DNA of 63,880 bases, filler included, from Octopus bimaculoides (taxonomy: Eukaryota), in the NCBI RefSeq assembly GCF_001194135.2. It is 6 parts of 6 records of this genome, joined end to end, with 100 filler letters (N's around TTAATTAATTAA, not from the genome) between each part and the next. Parts side by side here need not be neighbours in the genome. Positions count along the whole stretch, not along the records: positions 32,203 to 43,752 come from NC_068993.1; positions 43,853 to 58,020 come from NC_068984.1; 4 more parts are not named here. One strand, given 5' to 3'. Within the stretch, counting starts at the first letter, position 1, and the number at the start of each line of letters is the position of its first letter. The position numbers were made by a program, and so were the translations under genes. The notes under the pieces were generated by a model. That model was not told the origin of the DNA. It did no database searches and saw nothing but the letters and a program-made list of their open reading frames with translations. Positions 37,653 through 49,744 of this stretch are shown here, in pieces.

Positions 37653-37858
37653 AGAGTCGAGCTGGTAGAATGGTTTGCACGTCGGGCAAAATGCTTAGAA
37701 GCACTTCTTTCAACTGTTTACGTTCCGAGTTCAAATTCCACCGAAGTCGACTTTGTCTTTCGATAGATTAAAAACGCAATCAAGTGCTGGAACAGATGTA
37801 ATCGACTTGCTACTCTTTTCAAAATTGCTGGTCTAATGCCAAAATGAAAGAATTATTT
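37653..37858 (+). mobile_element. SINE family A (second of a tandem pair)
   Basis: gagctggtagaatgg..aaatgcttag..gagttcaaattccaccgaagtcgactttg. Confidence 0.8.
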
Positions 37859-39165
37859 TCAAGCATTTTTTATAGAATAACAACTAAGCATTTGCTGATT
37901 GTATGCCTCTATATTCAAAGTGGAATCAAATTTAACATGAAATCCCAGTCAACTTGATATTTTGGGTATCCGCTGTATTATAGTCAGGATTAGTCTATCT
38001 GATATGTTAATCCGTTGTTAAGTCAATGGGATAAGATTTGGAGATTTCATTGCGAATTGTAACGGATCATGTGACTCTGTAGAGGACTTTTTATCTGGCT
38101 TATTTGTTGTTGTTGTCTTTATTGTTATTGTCCCTTAAATCAACATCCATGTAGTAGACATGTCACCAAAGAAATTCTACTCATAACCATCTCATTTTAC
38201 CATTTTGGGGGGCTTTTTTGTTTTGTTTTGCTTTTTATTCTATATATGTATATATTCAATACTAAGGTATCCAATACCCACTTTCTTTTTTAAACGGTAA
38301 GTAGTAATTCGAGGTAGATTTAGCAACTATTTCTAACTGGTCGATCAAACACAAAAAGCTACGACCTTCGATGGTCCGTGTTGATTTGTAGTAGTGGAGG
38401 TTCACAATTTTGATAAAGTCAAAATAACTCAGAAATCTATTTATCAGTAGATAAGAAGCCATTAAAACACAGACGTTACGAAACAGAAGAGAAATGACTT
38501 TTAGATGCAAGATAATAGGAACAAACTATATTTATTTTTTGGCGTATTTTTTTCTACGTTTCATTTGCTTTGTTTTTATTTCAGGACTGAAGGTATATTT
38601 TAACTATAACATGAAGAAAACTCTCCATTTTTTTTTATCAATTTTAATTTATTTGTTTTTTCTTAGTATTTTTCCTTCAAATCTCTAAGGGAATTTGCAT
38701 ACACCATTACACATTGTAATCTCCATTTTGTTTTGACAAACCAACGTAAACTAAGAGAGATACATTGCTGGCGGCCATATTTATCATTTTCTCATGTAAT
38801 GTAAAGTCAACGACATATCTCAACTCAATGCTTATATTTGTTTAAATGTATTTTAGCTTGTACAATTTAGGCATTCACGTCCGAAATATTTCACTGAGAA
38901 ATAGTTTAGGGAGTGATTACTAGTTTGTTTGTAGTTTAGTTTTTTGCTTATTTTTCGCTTTCATAAAACCACTTAAACTGATACCAGACTTTTAACAAAA
39001 AGAGATTGTTTTGTTAGTAAGAATCTTCTTGTTTATTTACAACGTTGGCTTCCTGAATGTATGTATATATATAAACACATATACACACACATATATATAT
39101 GTATGTATGTATGTATGTATGCACGCTTGTATGTATATACATACATAGAGATAGATAGATAGATT

Positions 39166-39201
<36 letters not shown>

Positions 39202-39230
39202 GGCAGACAGATAGATAGATATATATATAT

Positions 39231-39268
<38 letters not shown>

Positions 39269-39676
39269 AAAGACATAGATGTGCACATATATTCACGCAC
39301 ACGCATATGAATATAATACGTGTGTGAGAGTGTGTGTATAATAATATATTTACATCAGTAGACATTTATATGAAAGTATACACATATACATATGCATGTA
39401 CATATATTCAGATATCTGTGCGTGTGTGTATATGTGTATGTGTCCCCGGTGTACACAACTGAAATAGAAACACGATCCTGCTTTGTACAAATACTTCAAA
39501 TAAATACACCATTAAAAGACATAATACTGTGCTATTTTTTTTCTTTCTGCGAGAGAAATATCTTTTTAGACATAGAAACGCAACATATATCCGAGCGAAG
39601 CGAATATTGTCCCTGCAGTGATTCATGAGAACGTCAGACGTGTTCAGGCTTTTGAGTCCCTTTTCAATGACATCTG

Positions 39677-39923
39677 GAAATTCGTCCCCTCTGATATGTA
39701 GCGAATAGTGAATAATACACTCACTGATATTTCAGAAAGGTTGCCGAGTTAAAATAAATTCGAAATACGCAATAAATCAAAACAGTTTGCTGTGTGTTAT
39801 CTGTGTGTTATGCGTAACAAATATCCATAAATAAAATGCTTTGATTTTTGTCTGAGAGAAAATATCTTCCTAAGCATGAGTGTGTTATTCATTGCCCACT
39901 ATATATCGGAGGGGACAAATTTC
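39677..39923. repeat. Inverted-repeat element with 47-bp arms
   Basis: 39677-39723 vs the reverse complement of 39877-39923 (gaaatt.gtcccctc.gatat.tag.g..ca.tgaataa.acactca). Confidence 0.75.
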
Positions 39924-39949
39924 GTCTAAGTATATGACGAAAAAGTATA

Positions 39950-39990
39950 CGTCATTGACAAGGAACAGAAAGGCCGAAACTGGTTTGACG
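39950..39990 (+). ncRNA. Minimal type I hammerhead ribozyme, U3-A8 core variant
   Basis: CGTCA-TTGACAA-GG aacagaaagg CC-GAA-AC TG GT-T-TGACG: perfect 5-bp stem I, 2-bp stem II, 2-bp stem III, GUU triplet. Confidence 0.6.
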
Positions 39991-40050
39991 ATCTCTTGAG
40001 TCACTACCAGGACGATGTTCTTCTTCATCTTATATATACTGAGTTTTTAA

Positions 40051-40245
40051 GTACGCCAGGCGAAATGCTTAGCGGTATTTCGTTTCTCTTTACGTTCTGA
40101 ATTCAAATTCCACCGAGGTCGACTTTGCCTTTCGTCCTTTCGGAGTCGATACATTAAGTACCAGTTGCGTACTAGGATCGATCTAATTGACTGGACCCCT
40201 CTCCAAAAATTTCGGGCCTTGTGCCTAGAGTAGAAAAGAATATAT
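40051..40245 (+). mobile_element. SINE family A, young copy
   Basis: Near-consensus sequence to the gtgcctagagtagaaaagaat tail. Confidence 0.92.
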
Positions 40246-40719
40246 ATTGATTTTGTATCATAACATGTATAAGAAGAGATTTTCTCTCAGGCAAAACCAC
40301 AGTATCGTGCCTTTCTAATGGTTTACGTAGGTTAAGAATGAAACACAAATGGTTATATAATATATATTGCGATAGTTACCGTGAGTTAATCTCTCATATG
40401 GATTTTTGGTGCATAAAAACACTAGTGTTTACAACGCTAGCGGGAGATACACAAATGTTTATATGCACTACAATTCCATATGAGATCTTCTCTCATGGTA
40501 ACTATCGCAGTATTCTTTGTTCCAACACAACATCCACTTTTAAATGCTGATAAATATTATCTTTTCGTATCAATATTGTGTTTGTCGTTATTAATTATTT
40601 TAAATATATATATAAGAGATAAATATCCACTTCAGTCAAGAATGACCATAGAATTACAGCTAGAAAAATTTCCCTCCGAGGCACAAGTCCGCGTAAGGTT
40701 GTTTATAGAATACCAGCAG

Positions 40720-40850
40720 TTTCCCATGCATACCACCCTCCTCTCTCTACACTTCCGATGTTATCCAAGCGAAAGTCAAAGGCCGGTACAGCTTGGCGCC
40801 AGTGACGTCGCAATGCAGCGGTCCGGGAATCGAACTCAAAACTTCGCGTG
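40720..40850 (-). mobile_element. Fragment of a third SINE-like repeat
   Basis: Minus strand B-box-like GAGTTCGATTCCCGG; short fragment only. Confidence 0.35.
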
Positions 40851-41079
40851 TACAAGTATGTATATATAGGTGAGAGAAAAATACTTTTAAACTCACATTC
40901 ATGCACACGTATAATTAGTGTGTATGTAGATATGTATGAGTGTGTTTGTGTGTGTGTATGTATATGCGTGCGTGTATGTGTGGTTTGAGAGGACACGATA
41001 GCGTCACTAACCTGAACTATTCTAGAAACAATGTTTGTTATAATATCGAAGACACGGTATTTATCACACAGCGATTGAT

Positions 41080-41121
<42 letters not shown>

Positions 41122-41586
41122 TAAATCATTCATATCGTCTATGGGAAGTCGAGATATAATTGTATTGCGACAAACAAGAATTTACCATTCTAAGTGCATT
41201 TGGCACCTTCACACTTCGCATTCAAATTTACTTTTATTGCAGAACTAAAAATACATAGATTATATTTACAGTTTTCGGAACACTTAACACTGTTTCTTCG
41301 CACCGGAAAATGGTTGTGCATTTAAAAAGCCGTGAGGAGAAGTCATTAGTACACTAAGATAATTAGTATACTAAATCTACCATTCGCTTGTGTTAATTAT
41401 ACAAGCTACAGCTAATTAGCCGTTACTGGTAATCAGCCAAAACATAGAGTAATTTAACTGCATTATAAATACATTGCACACAGTCACAGCTGAGTGAGTG
41501 ATAGTAATTAGAATGGACGTCCGCCCTGCTGGCGTAAAAGGATCGCTAGTTCAAATTGCTAACACAAGTTTCTTGGTCATCTCATA

Positions 41587-41920
41587 TATGAGGTGCGTTC
41601 CAGAAGTTTTGAGACGTTTTTAGGAAAGGCAGTTATGATTGTCCTACATTATTGTAATTTCTGTATATAATTTTTTTCTATGCAATTTTTGTACATCTAA
41701 TAAGCTGACCTGTCAACTGTTGTTATTCCAGACTGAAGGGGATGGCTGTAACAGCACTTTGAATACACACTTACCGAACACAGCTTGTGACAACTGACTT
41801 TGTTTGAATGCAATCGGGACGTTAAGACAATTTGGAAGCTCGGTATGCAATAAGGTTTTGTGTTAAACTGGGCAAAAAAAAACGCTACAGAAATATATGA
41901 AATACCCCCAAAGTCCTTGG
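41587..41920 (+). mobile_element. mariner 5' fragment
   Basis: TA + (C/T)GAGGTGCGTTCCAGAAGT mariner-type TIR; downstream LEARYAIRFCVKLGKKNATEIYE resembles a mariner transposase N-terminus. Confidence 0.75.
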
Positions 41921-41995
41921 GCTTTAGGCCTCGTTTGCTTTCATGCACCATAGTGGAGTCTGTTAAAGGTAACGAGGGTCCAGGTTGGAGTTTAA

Positions 41996-42225
41996 CCCAT
42001 TAAGTCCCACTGTCCTATAAATAGGACACTAAATGAGAACATTAAATAAGCTATATCACATTGTCTCATTGTCCTATTTATAGCAAACCGAGTATTTCCA
42101 TTTCTACTTGAAGTAAAGGAGTTTTAATAATAATTTTTTTTTTTTTTCATTTTAGCCTATTTTCAAACATCTGTAAAAATTTAAAAGTAATATTCAGAAA
42201 TTTTAATACACTGGGACTTAATGGG
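41996..42225. mobile_element. piggyBac-type MITE (230 bp) with TTAA TSDs
   Basis: TTAA|CCCATTAAGTCCCACTGT ... ACACTGGGACTTAATGGG|TTAA. Confidence 0.9.
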
Positions 42226-43002
42226 TTAAAATGAGCGACATAACTTATACATCAGTCCGTATTTTGCAACCTGTACAACAGTGTGATTTCCAATTCCGAC
42301 TCTGCAGCAGCTTCTTTCTTCCTCAGAGGATCAGATTAAAATCTAGGAACAACGGTAACCGATTTACTACCGAGTGTGAAAAATAAAATATGTTGACAGG
42401 TAATCATTGTATCATTGACGTCTTCACCGTTGTAGCTAGATTCTTGAACTTCACAGTTGCCCTGCCAACTAGCTTCCACACTAACCACATCACCGTCTGT
42501 GGCTATTGATAAGCCAGTCCATAATAACAAAAAAAGGTTGATCACACATCCTGGATTTTATATTAAAAGTTATACCATGATGAAAGATTATTAGTATCTT
42601 TTACTAAAATCCGCCAGGTAAACTAAGAATGCAATCTGTAGCGCATTCATTACATGTAGTGGAAGAGCAAAGAGAACTGTTACAAACTGATCGCCCACCA
42701 AACTTTACTGTACAGTTCAGAGATTTGGTCACTATACAAAAGGCTTGACGACTTAAGATATACTGATTTGTTATCAACAGTTATGTTTTTAGTATTTTTG
42801 TATTTTAAAGGGGACGGAAATAAATTAAATTAGAAAGCTTAATTGAGAGAAAAAATAATAAGAATGTAAACATGTTCCTTCTACATTTTCCGTGTACGTA
42901 AAAACTGAGTAGAGTCTCCTGACAGACCGATTTTCAGTTCGTTGACCGCTCCTCAGAGTAAATGCATATATGTTTGCTTGGTGTATACAACTNNNNNNNN
43001 NN

Positions 43003-43041
<39 letters not shown>

Positions 43042-43696
43042 GCATGAATGTATGTATGTATTTATATGAGTGTGTGAGTGTATGTGTGTGTGTATGAGTG
43101 TATGTGTGTGAGTTCGTACGTGCGTGTGTGAGTGTATGTTTCAGTGTGTCCACAGACCGAAAAACAGATATGAAGAGACTGATGAAAGGATAGAGAGAAG
43201 CGACAAAAGCAGAGGAAAATAGATAAAATATTTGAAAGACATCCTAAGCATACGATACAATAAGTCACGTGGCCGAATAGAATTCTCAAGAGACGTGTCA
43301 TACGAGTAAACGAGAAAAAAATATAACAGATCAATGTCGTTTTCTCTGCAATTATTGGTTTTATAGTCTGTCATAATTGTAATTTCATTTTGATGTTTTA
43401 TTAAAAGCATTTAAGAAAAAAAAAATTATTGAGAAAACATTGGTTTATTTTGATGGGGGTGTATGGTGACCTAAGAAACACACGGTACGAGTGTGTATGT
43501 ATGAAAGAGATAGAAAGATCGTGTGAGTGTCCGTATGTGTGTATGTGGTAATCGTGATTGTAAACAGGTAGTCGATAGGTTAGAGAAATTGTGTATAGAT
43601 ATATTATTATATATTATATATATATCATATATATAACATATATACATTATATATAAATATATCATTAAATATGTATATAAACATATATGTGCATGA

Positions 43697-43752
<56 letters not shown>

Positions 43753-43852
43753 NNNNNNNNNNNNNNNNNNNNNNNNNNNNNNNNNNNNNNNNNNNNTTAA
43801 TTAATTAANNNNNNNNNNNNNNNNNNNNNNNNNNNNNNNNNNNNNNNNNNNN

Positions 43853-44693
43853 TCGTCATTTTATATTCTTAATTTCGCGCATGCGCGTTGTCTGTTTTCT
43901 GTGATTTTGTCGACTAGTATAGATGGGTCAGTTGGGCACCGTCTGCGAGAAAAGCAGCACCATGACGCAATTCACTCTGCCTGAAATTTGGAAACTAAAT
44001 TCTGTACTGCTTGGAATTCGCGCTGAAGCTCCAATCCGAACATTTCAGAGTATTTAGGTGTCAATCTGAGGGCAGTGCAATCCGTGGACATGTACCGAGA
44101 GTGATAAAAATCAAGCATCCAGTCAACATCATGGTGTTTGGAGTAATCACTAGTGATGGCGACGTTATGCCCCTGTTCACCTTCGCACACGGCTTCAGAC
44201 TCAACACGGAGGCCTGGATGAGGTAGTGCTGCCCTGGATCAAGAGGGTGGCTGCTGGAATACCCTATGTCTGGCAACAGGACTCTGCACCATGCCACACA
44301 AACAGGAGAATCCAGTCATGACTTTCAGACAATTTCTGCGACCACATCACTCCTGACATCTGGCCACCTAACTCCCCAAACTCCAACGCCCTTGATTATT
44401 ATGTGTGGGGTGCAGTTGAGCGAGAGACCAACAAAACTCCTTGCAACACCAAAGATGAACTGAAGGCAAAGATTATGGTAGCATTGACCAACTTAGAGAA
44501 GGAGATCATCCAGAAGAGTTACAGGAGATTCTGAATTTGTCTGGAGGCCGTGGTTAAAGTCAATGGCGATTTTATTGAATAAATTTCAAGGTATTTTTAT
44601 GTAATTTTGGTAAATGTATCTGTTAAAATGAGATGCGAGTATTTTTTTTTTCATTTTTGCGTAATTTAGACGACAGTTTATTCACCACAACAG
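43853..44693 (+). mobile_element. Tc1/mariner DD37D (maT) transposon, copy 1, internally deleted
   Basis: KHPVNIMVFGVITSDGDVMP..VWQQDSAPCH..WPPNSP..NALDYYVWG..NGDFIE*. Catalytic D codons at 44280 and 44394 are separated by 37 codons; TIR-like 3' end at 44669-44693. Confidence 0.9.
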
Positions 44694-44714
44694 CAGGCAG
44701 ACAGACAAGTAGGC

Positions 44715-44715
<1 letters not shown>

Positions 44716-44787
<72 letters not shown>
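44716..44787. repeat. (ATAG)n microsatellite
   Basis: Direct read. Confidence 0.95.
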
Positions 44788-44788
<1 letters not shown>

Positions 44789-45578
44789 TGAGTAGCATCC
44801 CTACAAGCATTGTAGAATAAATAAATTGGTAACTGTGAGAGTGAGGAAATTTTTCAGCAAAACATAAGGAAAAGGCAAAGTTAAGAGAGTAGGAGATTAT
44901 GGTGTGGTAAGAGGTGGGAAATGTAACAAGTGTTACTGGAAGGGGGTCAGCGGTCGAATTTAAGAGAGAAATGAAACAACATTTTTGTCTGATACAGGTT
45001 TTGTGTGTTTGTATCTAAGCGAGTGTAAAGCGTCTGTTTGCATGTGTGTGTTCCAAAGTATATTTGCGTGTGTTCGCATTTGTGCTTGGGTATATGTTTG
45101 TGGTGTAAATGTGATAAAGAATCTGTGAAATCATCATGATTCAGCGTCAAAAGGGAAACAGCTTGATTACAACACGCTTGGTTTACAGTTAAAGGCCAAC
45201 GGGTATCTTTTCCCGGACACATGTCATCGATATAGTGATGATTTCTAACCTCTCCCTCTCTCTCTCACGCGCGCGCGCTCGCCCTCTTTCTCATTCTCTG
45301 CATCCCTCTCTCCCTCTCCCTCTCCCTTTCCCTCTCCTTTTCTCTCCTTCTTACATCTCCGTAAGTCTTCTTTTCTTCCTCCATACTAAACTGTGATATT
45401 TGAAACGTTATAATAAATTGAATTATGCATCCCCACACACACACACAATCACACAAACATACTCACATACAAACACTCACGCACACACAAAAACACACCA
45501 TCACGCACACACATATGCCAATTCAAATCACTTTAATGAATGTTTCATGCTCAGGAGCAATCCCTAGACGATGGTGGT

Positions 45579-45734
45579 TAGTGATGAGAGCCCTGGCACA
45601 GTCGGATTACACACTAGGAACAGAACGACTTGTTAAATACTTCGGTTGGCTTCATCCAATTCATCATTTCGTAAATTTCCAGTGGACTGATTGATCAGCT
45701 TTGTCATCCAACTGTCCCCGAGCTCTCACCACTA
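45579..45734. repeat. Imperfect inverted repeat, 29-bp arms (24/29)
   Basis: tagtgatgagagccctggcacagtcggat vs the reverse complement of 45706-45734. Confidence 0.6.
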
Positions 45735-45932
45735 AATATGCTTGTCTGAGGAGCGCATGTAAAAATGAAACCCTCGATAATGAGATATGAAATGGTGGAA
45801 GCTAATATACACAATTGATTTACTCAGACCTTAAAAGTGAGTTCTTTTCAGTTAATAAAGTTTTTGTTATTTTTATTATTATTATTACTATTATTATTAT
45901 AGAAGTGCTATTGCAATTGCAAACCCTGTGCC

Positions 45933-46044
<112 letters not shown>

Positions 46045-46110
46045 CACACACGCACACACATATATACGTAGATAGCTAGATAGATAGAGAGATAGATACA
46101 CACAAACATA

Positions 46111-46258
46111 CGAGGGGTGTTGCAAAGTTCCTGGCTTTAAGGGTATCGGGAAAGACCTGGATGGAGGCCCAGCTTTCTGAGTTCTTTTACAGGGTTTAGA
46201 AAATCTGAAAGACAGCTGCAGTTAGTGTGTGAATCTGAGAGCAGAATATGTTGGTTTA
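46111..46258 (+). mobile_element. Short mariner derivative (5' TIR joined to transposase C-terminal remnant)
   Basis: TA|CGAGGGGTGTTGCAAAGTTCCTGGCTTTAA, then GLENLKDSCS*CVNLRAEYV resembling the mariner end. Confidence 0.65.
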
Positions 46259-48927
46259 AGTGGTGGCAGGGATGATGATGATGATGAACAAGAAAAGAAA
46301 ATTTGTCAATACATATTCGTAGAATATGATCGTATTTATTTGGGCAAAGCATTTCGCCATTACTTCAGGAAAGCTCAATTTCTAGACAACCATGATGGAC
46401 TATAATTAAAAACACACCTCAAATCAAAATGGCACCAGCCCCTGTGTTTCATTTGTTAATAAATACTACGTGACTTATATTATCTAAATGTATTGCAAAG
46501 CAGAACCCTAATAATACATCAAAATATACTTGATCGATTATAAGTCATTCCATACAGATGTTATATAACCTCTATGGATCACAATGTTTCTATGCTATAT
46601 ATTACCACTTATCTCTTTTTAACGTCGTTCGCCTAGAAGCTCTAGAATATAGAACATGCATCAATAAAGGTAGTAACTTTAAATTTGTTAGAATTTTATG
46701 ACAATTCCAAGTAGCATATCTGGTAATGTTAGTGCTGCAAGGTTCTGCCCTACAGTGGTTAGTACGATATACTCTGTTTCACACCGATATTACAAAAATT
46801 TTCAACAAAAATTCTGTTGAAGCCAGTCATAGTTGTATATGCAAGATTATAACACTCTAGCCACAAAACAACCCATAAATATTACACAAACAATCCAACT
46901 CAAATTCACCTACAGAGAGTCAGTTAGTTGCTCTTTTCTAGAAAACCGGCATAAGAGAAGTTATATATATCACGAAAAAATATTTTAGCTTCTTTTCCGT
47001 TCTGAAACTAAGATATTTAACAGACGTAGAATCAAAGAGAGTTATTCTTGCTGTTACGACTTCGTTTCCTACCTATAGTTGTAATGTACCGTACAATTGT
47101 CCAAGTAACAGTAACTGCACTTCTAAGTATTGACTTACGATTTTATTCCATATCTTCTCTTAACGCTAGATTGTGCAAATGCTCCTCACAACTTAATCAC
47201 CGTGCTAAAACCCTTTTAATTAACAACTTTGTTTTATTTTATGTAAGAAGCAAAAATATTAAGAATTAGTAATTAATCAAATATTTTCTACAACTTAGCT
47301 TAACCTAGAAGAGATTTCCCAGAAGCAAACCACGTGTTTATAATGCTCTGGTCGCTTTTTAAAAATTATCCACGAATAAATGACGGATACCACAAACTCA
47401 TCCCAGCGGCTAACACAATGGGAAATAGCAGCTACAATTCCTTATGTCCATTCAAAAAAAGTTTGCTAAAACGGGCTAACGAAACTTGTTAGTAGTAAAA
47501 ACATCAACTGTAACTACAAAAAGAAAATTTTCGCAAGGCGGATTTGTCCTGGAAAGTATTATTACCCGTATGTAGGAAATTCCTATCTTTCGCTTTTCTT
47601 TACAACTAAGCAGCTATACTTTAAAACTATGAACTATTCTCTTTCTTTCTAAAAAAAATCTTTGTAGAATGTTGAATTAAGGCTTAATTAAACTATGTCT
47701 CGAGTTGTTTCCTGCCGACGATTTCAAAGGGGGATGAAACAGTACTATATACAGCTACCAGTGACTAAAAGTTTTAAAAACCTTCGGAACATTATTTTAT
47801 TTTATTAAGAAAAAGTTAAGAATTAGAAATTTAAAATACAAGTTCTTCAACTTAGTTTAACCTAGAAAAGATTCTCTCCCGTTTAATTGTACCACCAGAA
47901 GTAAACCACGCGTTTACTTTTTATAGCTTTCATTTATCTCCTCTACACTGCTTGACTAAACTCCTCACCTCCATTTTACATTCATCTGAATAGTATTTTA
48001 ATGTATATTCTTAAAATAATTTTTCTTCCTTCACCCTAATCTGCTTTCTTTTAATTACACGGTCTTTCAATGCTCCTTTACTCATTTTAAAAATTTTATT
48101 TAATTTTATCATCATCCAATATATATATAAACGTCCTTTTTATCTCTTCCCCCATTTTCTCCTCTCTAACTGGCAAAGTCACTTCTTTATTTTTTTTCTA
48201 TTTTTGTTTTGTTTAATTATTCAAATATATTCACACAATTTCTTTTCACTATGTTTTATATTCCATTCTTCCTTATCGCCCAAAGATCAGATGCCTAGGA
48301 CTCTAAACAACGATTTTTGTCCTTTCAAGCTTCCAATGAAATATTATATAACGCTCTATGTCTTGTACTGAATACTTTCTGTTAGCCTTGTTTGCATTCA
48401 ACTGTTTACACACATACATGTGTTCATATGTACAAATATATATATACATAATAACTATAAATGTCCATACACATGAGTTTTCCTGTGTGCGGATTTCTGC
48501 CAACCCAGACCGTCACGTAAAGAATATTATGGGCTTCAGCTATATCTCTGTCATTCAATATGCCTTTCACATTTTCAATGTCGATAAAATATACATGAGT
48601 ACATATTTTATATACTGGTGTTTCTTTCATCGTTGCGTATTTTCTCCAAAACTTGGCGTTTTGCCTTTTCAAAAGGAAGAAATATCAGTCAATTATATTT
48701 CTAATTAACGACGGTATAATTAACACAAATTCCAGTTTATTGTGTTTCTAAATAAAAGGGTGGATGTTATGCAAGAAATGGTAGGGTGCCGGAAAAGTTA
48801 CTTTGTACTTTTTAAGTTTTGCTATGATATAAACTGGCGGGTCGTCATTTCCATTCATTCTTTTGGGGTCGTTAAATTAGCTCCTGTAATGTAGCGACAT
48901 CTCTTCTGTGAGCAAACATATCTATTA

Positions 48928-49744
48928 CATGGAAAAATGCGAGCAAGAGAAATAACATTCTTAAGATTGTAAACCTGGAAAATTACAGGATAAGTTATTA
49001 CACTTGGAAAAGTTGAGGACAAGTTATTATATCTGGTAAAGTACGGAACAAGAAAATTTCTACTTAAAATATTGCAGCTAAGGATAAAATTTCAAATAAA
49101 AATTTTAGATTTAGAAAATATTTGCTTTCATTAAAACTAAAAATTTTATTACAAGCTATTACTTCTGCTTGTTAATACTTCTATTAAAAATATAAAAATA
49201 ACTCAAAATATTTTTTGCATTTAAAAAAAATTCATTCATAAATTTGAAAATAGGCTATATAAAATAATAGTAGTGCATAATTAGTTAGTACAATAAATAG
49301 ACTAATACAAAAATGAGTTATATATTACAGTAAAATCTACCTATAATAACAAATTCACAGTAAAATTTCCTTGAGTTTTTGGCTAAGTTATTGCCAAGTC
49401 CTCACATATTTAGTCGTGACCCAATACCTATTTTTTACATAATGAATTCGCCAACCATATATACTATTTTAGTTTGCATATAACGTTAGATATATTAGTA
49501 CTTCTGGTTCTCGTTTTTAAGTATTCTAGTGTGTCAATATTTTAACAAAATGATGATACCCTTTTAATTATAATGTTGTAAATTAAAATCAAATAATGTT
49601 TAATATTCAAGTTTTATCCTTAACTGCAATATTTTAAGTAAAAATGTTTTTGTTCTGTACTTTACTAGATGTTATAACTTGTCCTGTAATTTTCCAGGTT
49701 TATAATCTTAAGAATATTATTTCTCTCACTCGCATTTTTCCATG
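48928..49744. mobile_element. Foldback/MITE with ~150-170-bp TIRs and TA TSD
   Basis: TA|CATGGAAAAATGCGAG... ...CTCGCATTTTTCCATG|TA; arms align through aaggataaaa; the left arm has a ~28-bp internal duplication. Confidence 0.88.

Noticed and set aside
41340-41510. Cluster of TAAT/TAATTA homeodomain-like sites
   Set aside because: Expected by chance in AT-rich DNA without conservation data.
42336-42545. 69-aa minus ORF with a signal-peptide-like start
   Set aside because: Non-ATG start, no recognisable homology, weak splice support.
42920-42958. Minus strand CTGAGGAG...GAAAATCGGTC hammerhead-like string
   Set aside because: Stems I and II do not pair.
45745-45775. CTGAGGAG...GAAAC string
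   Set aside because: No stem II, stem III or stem I pairing.
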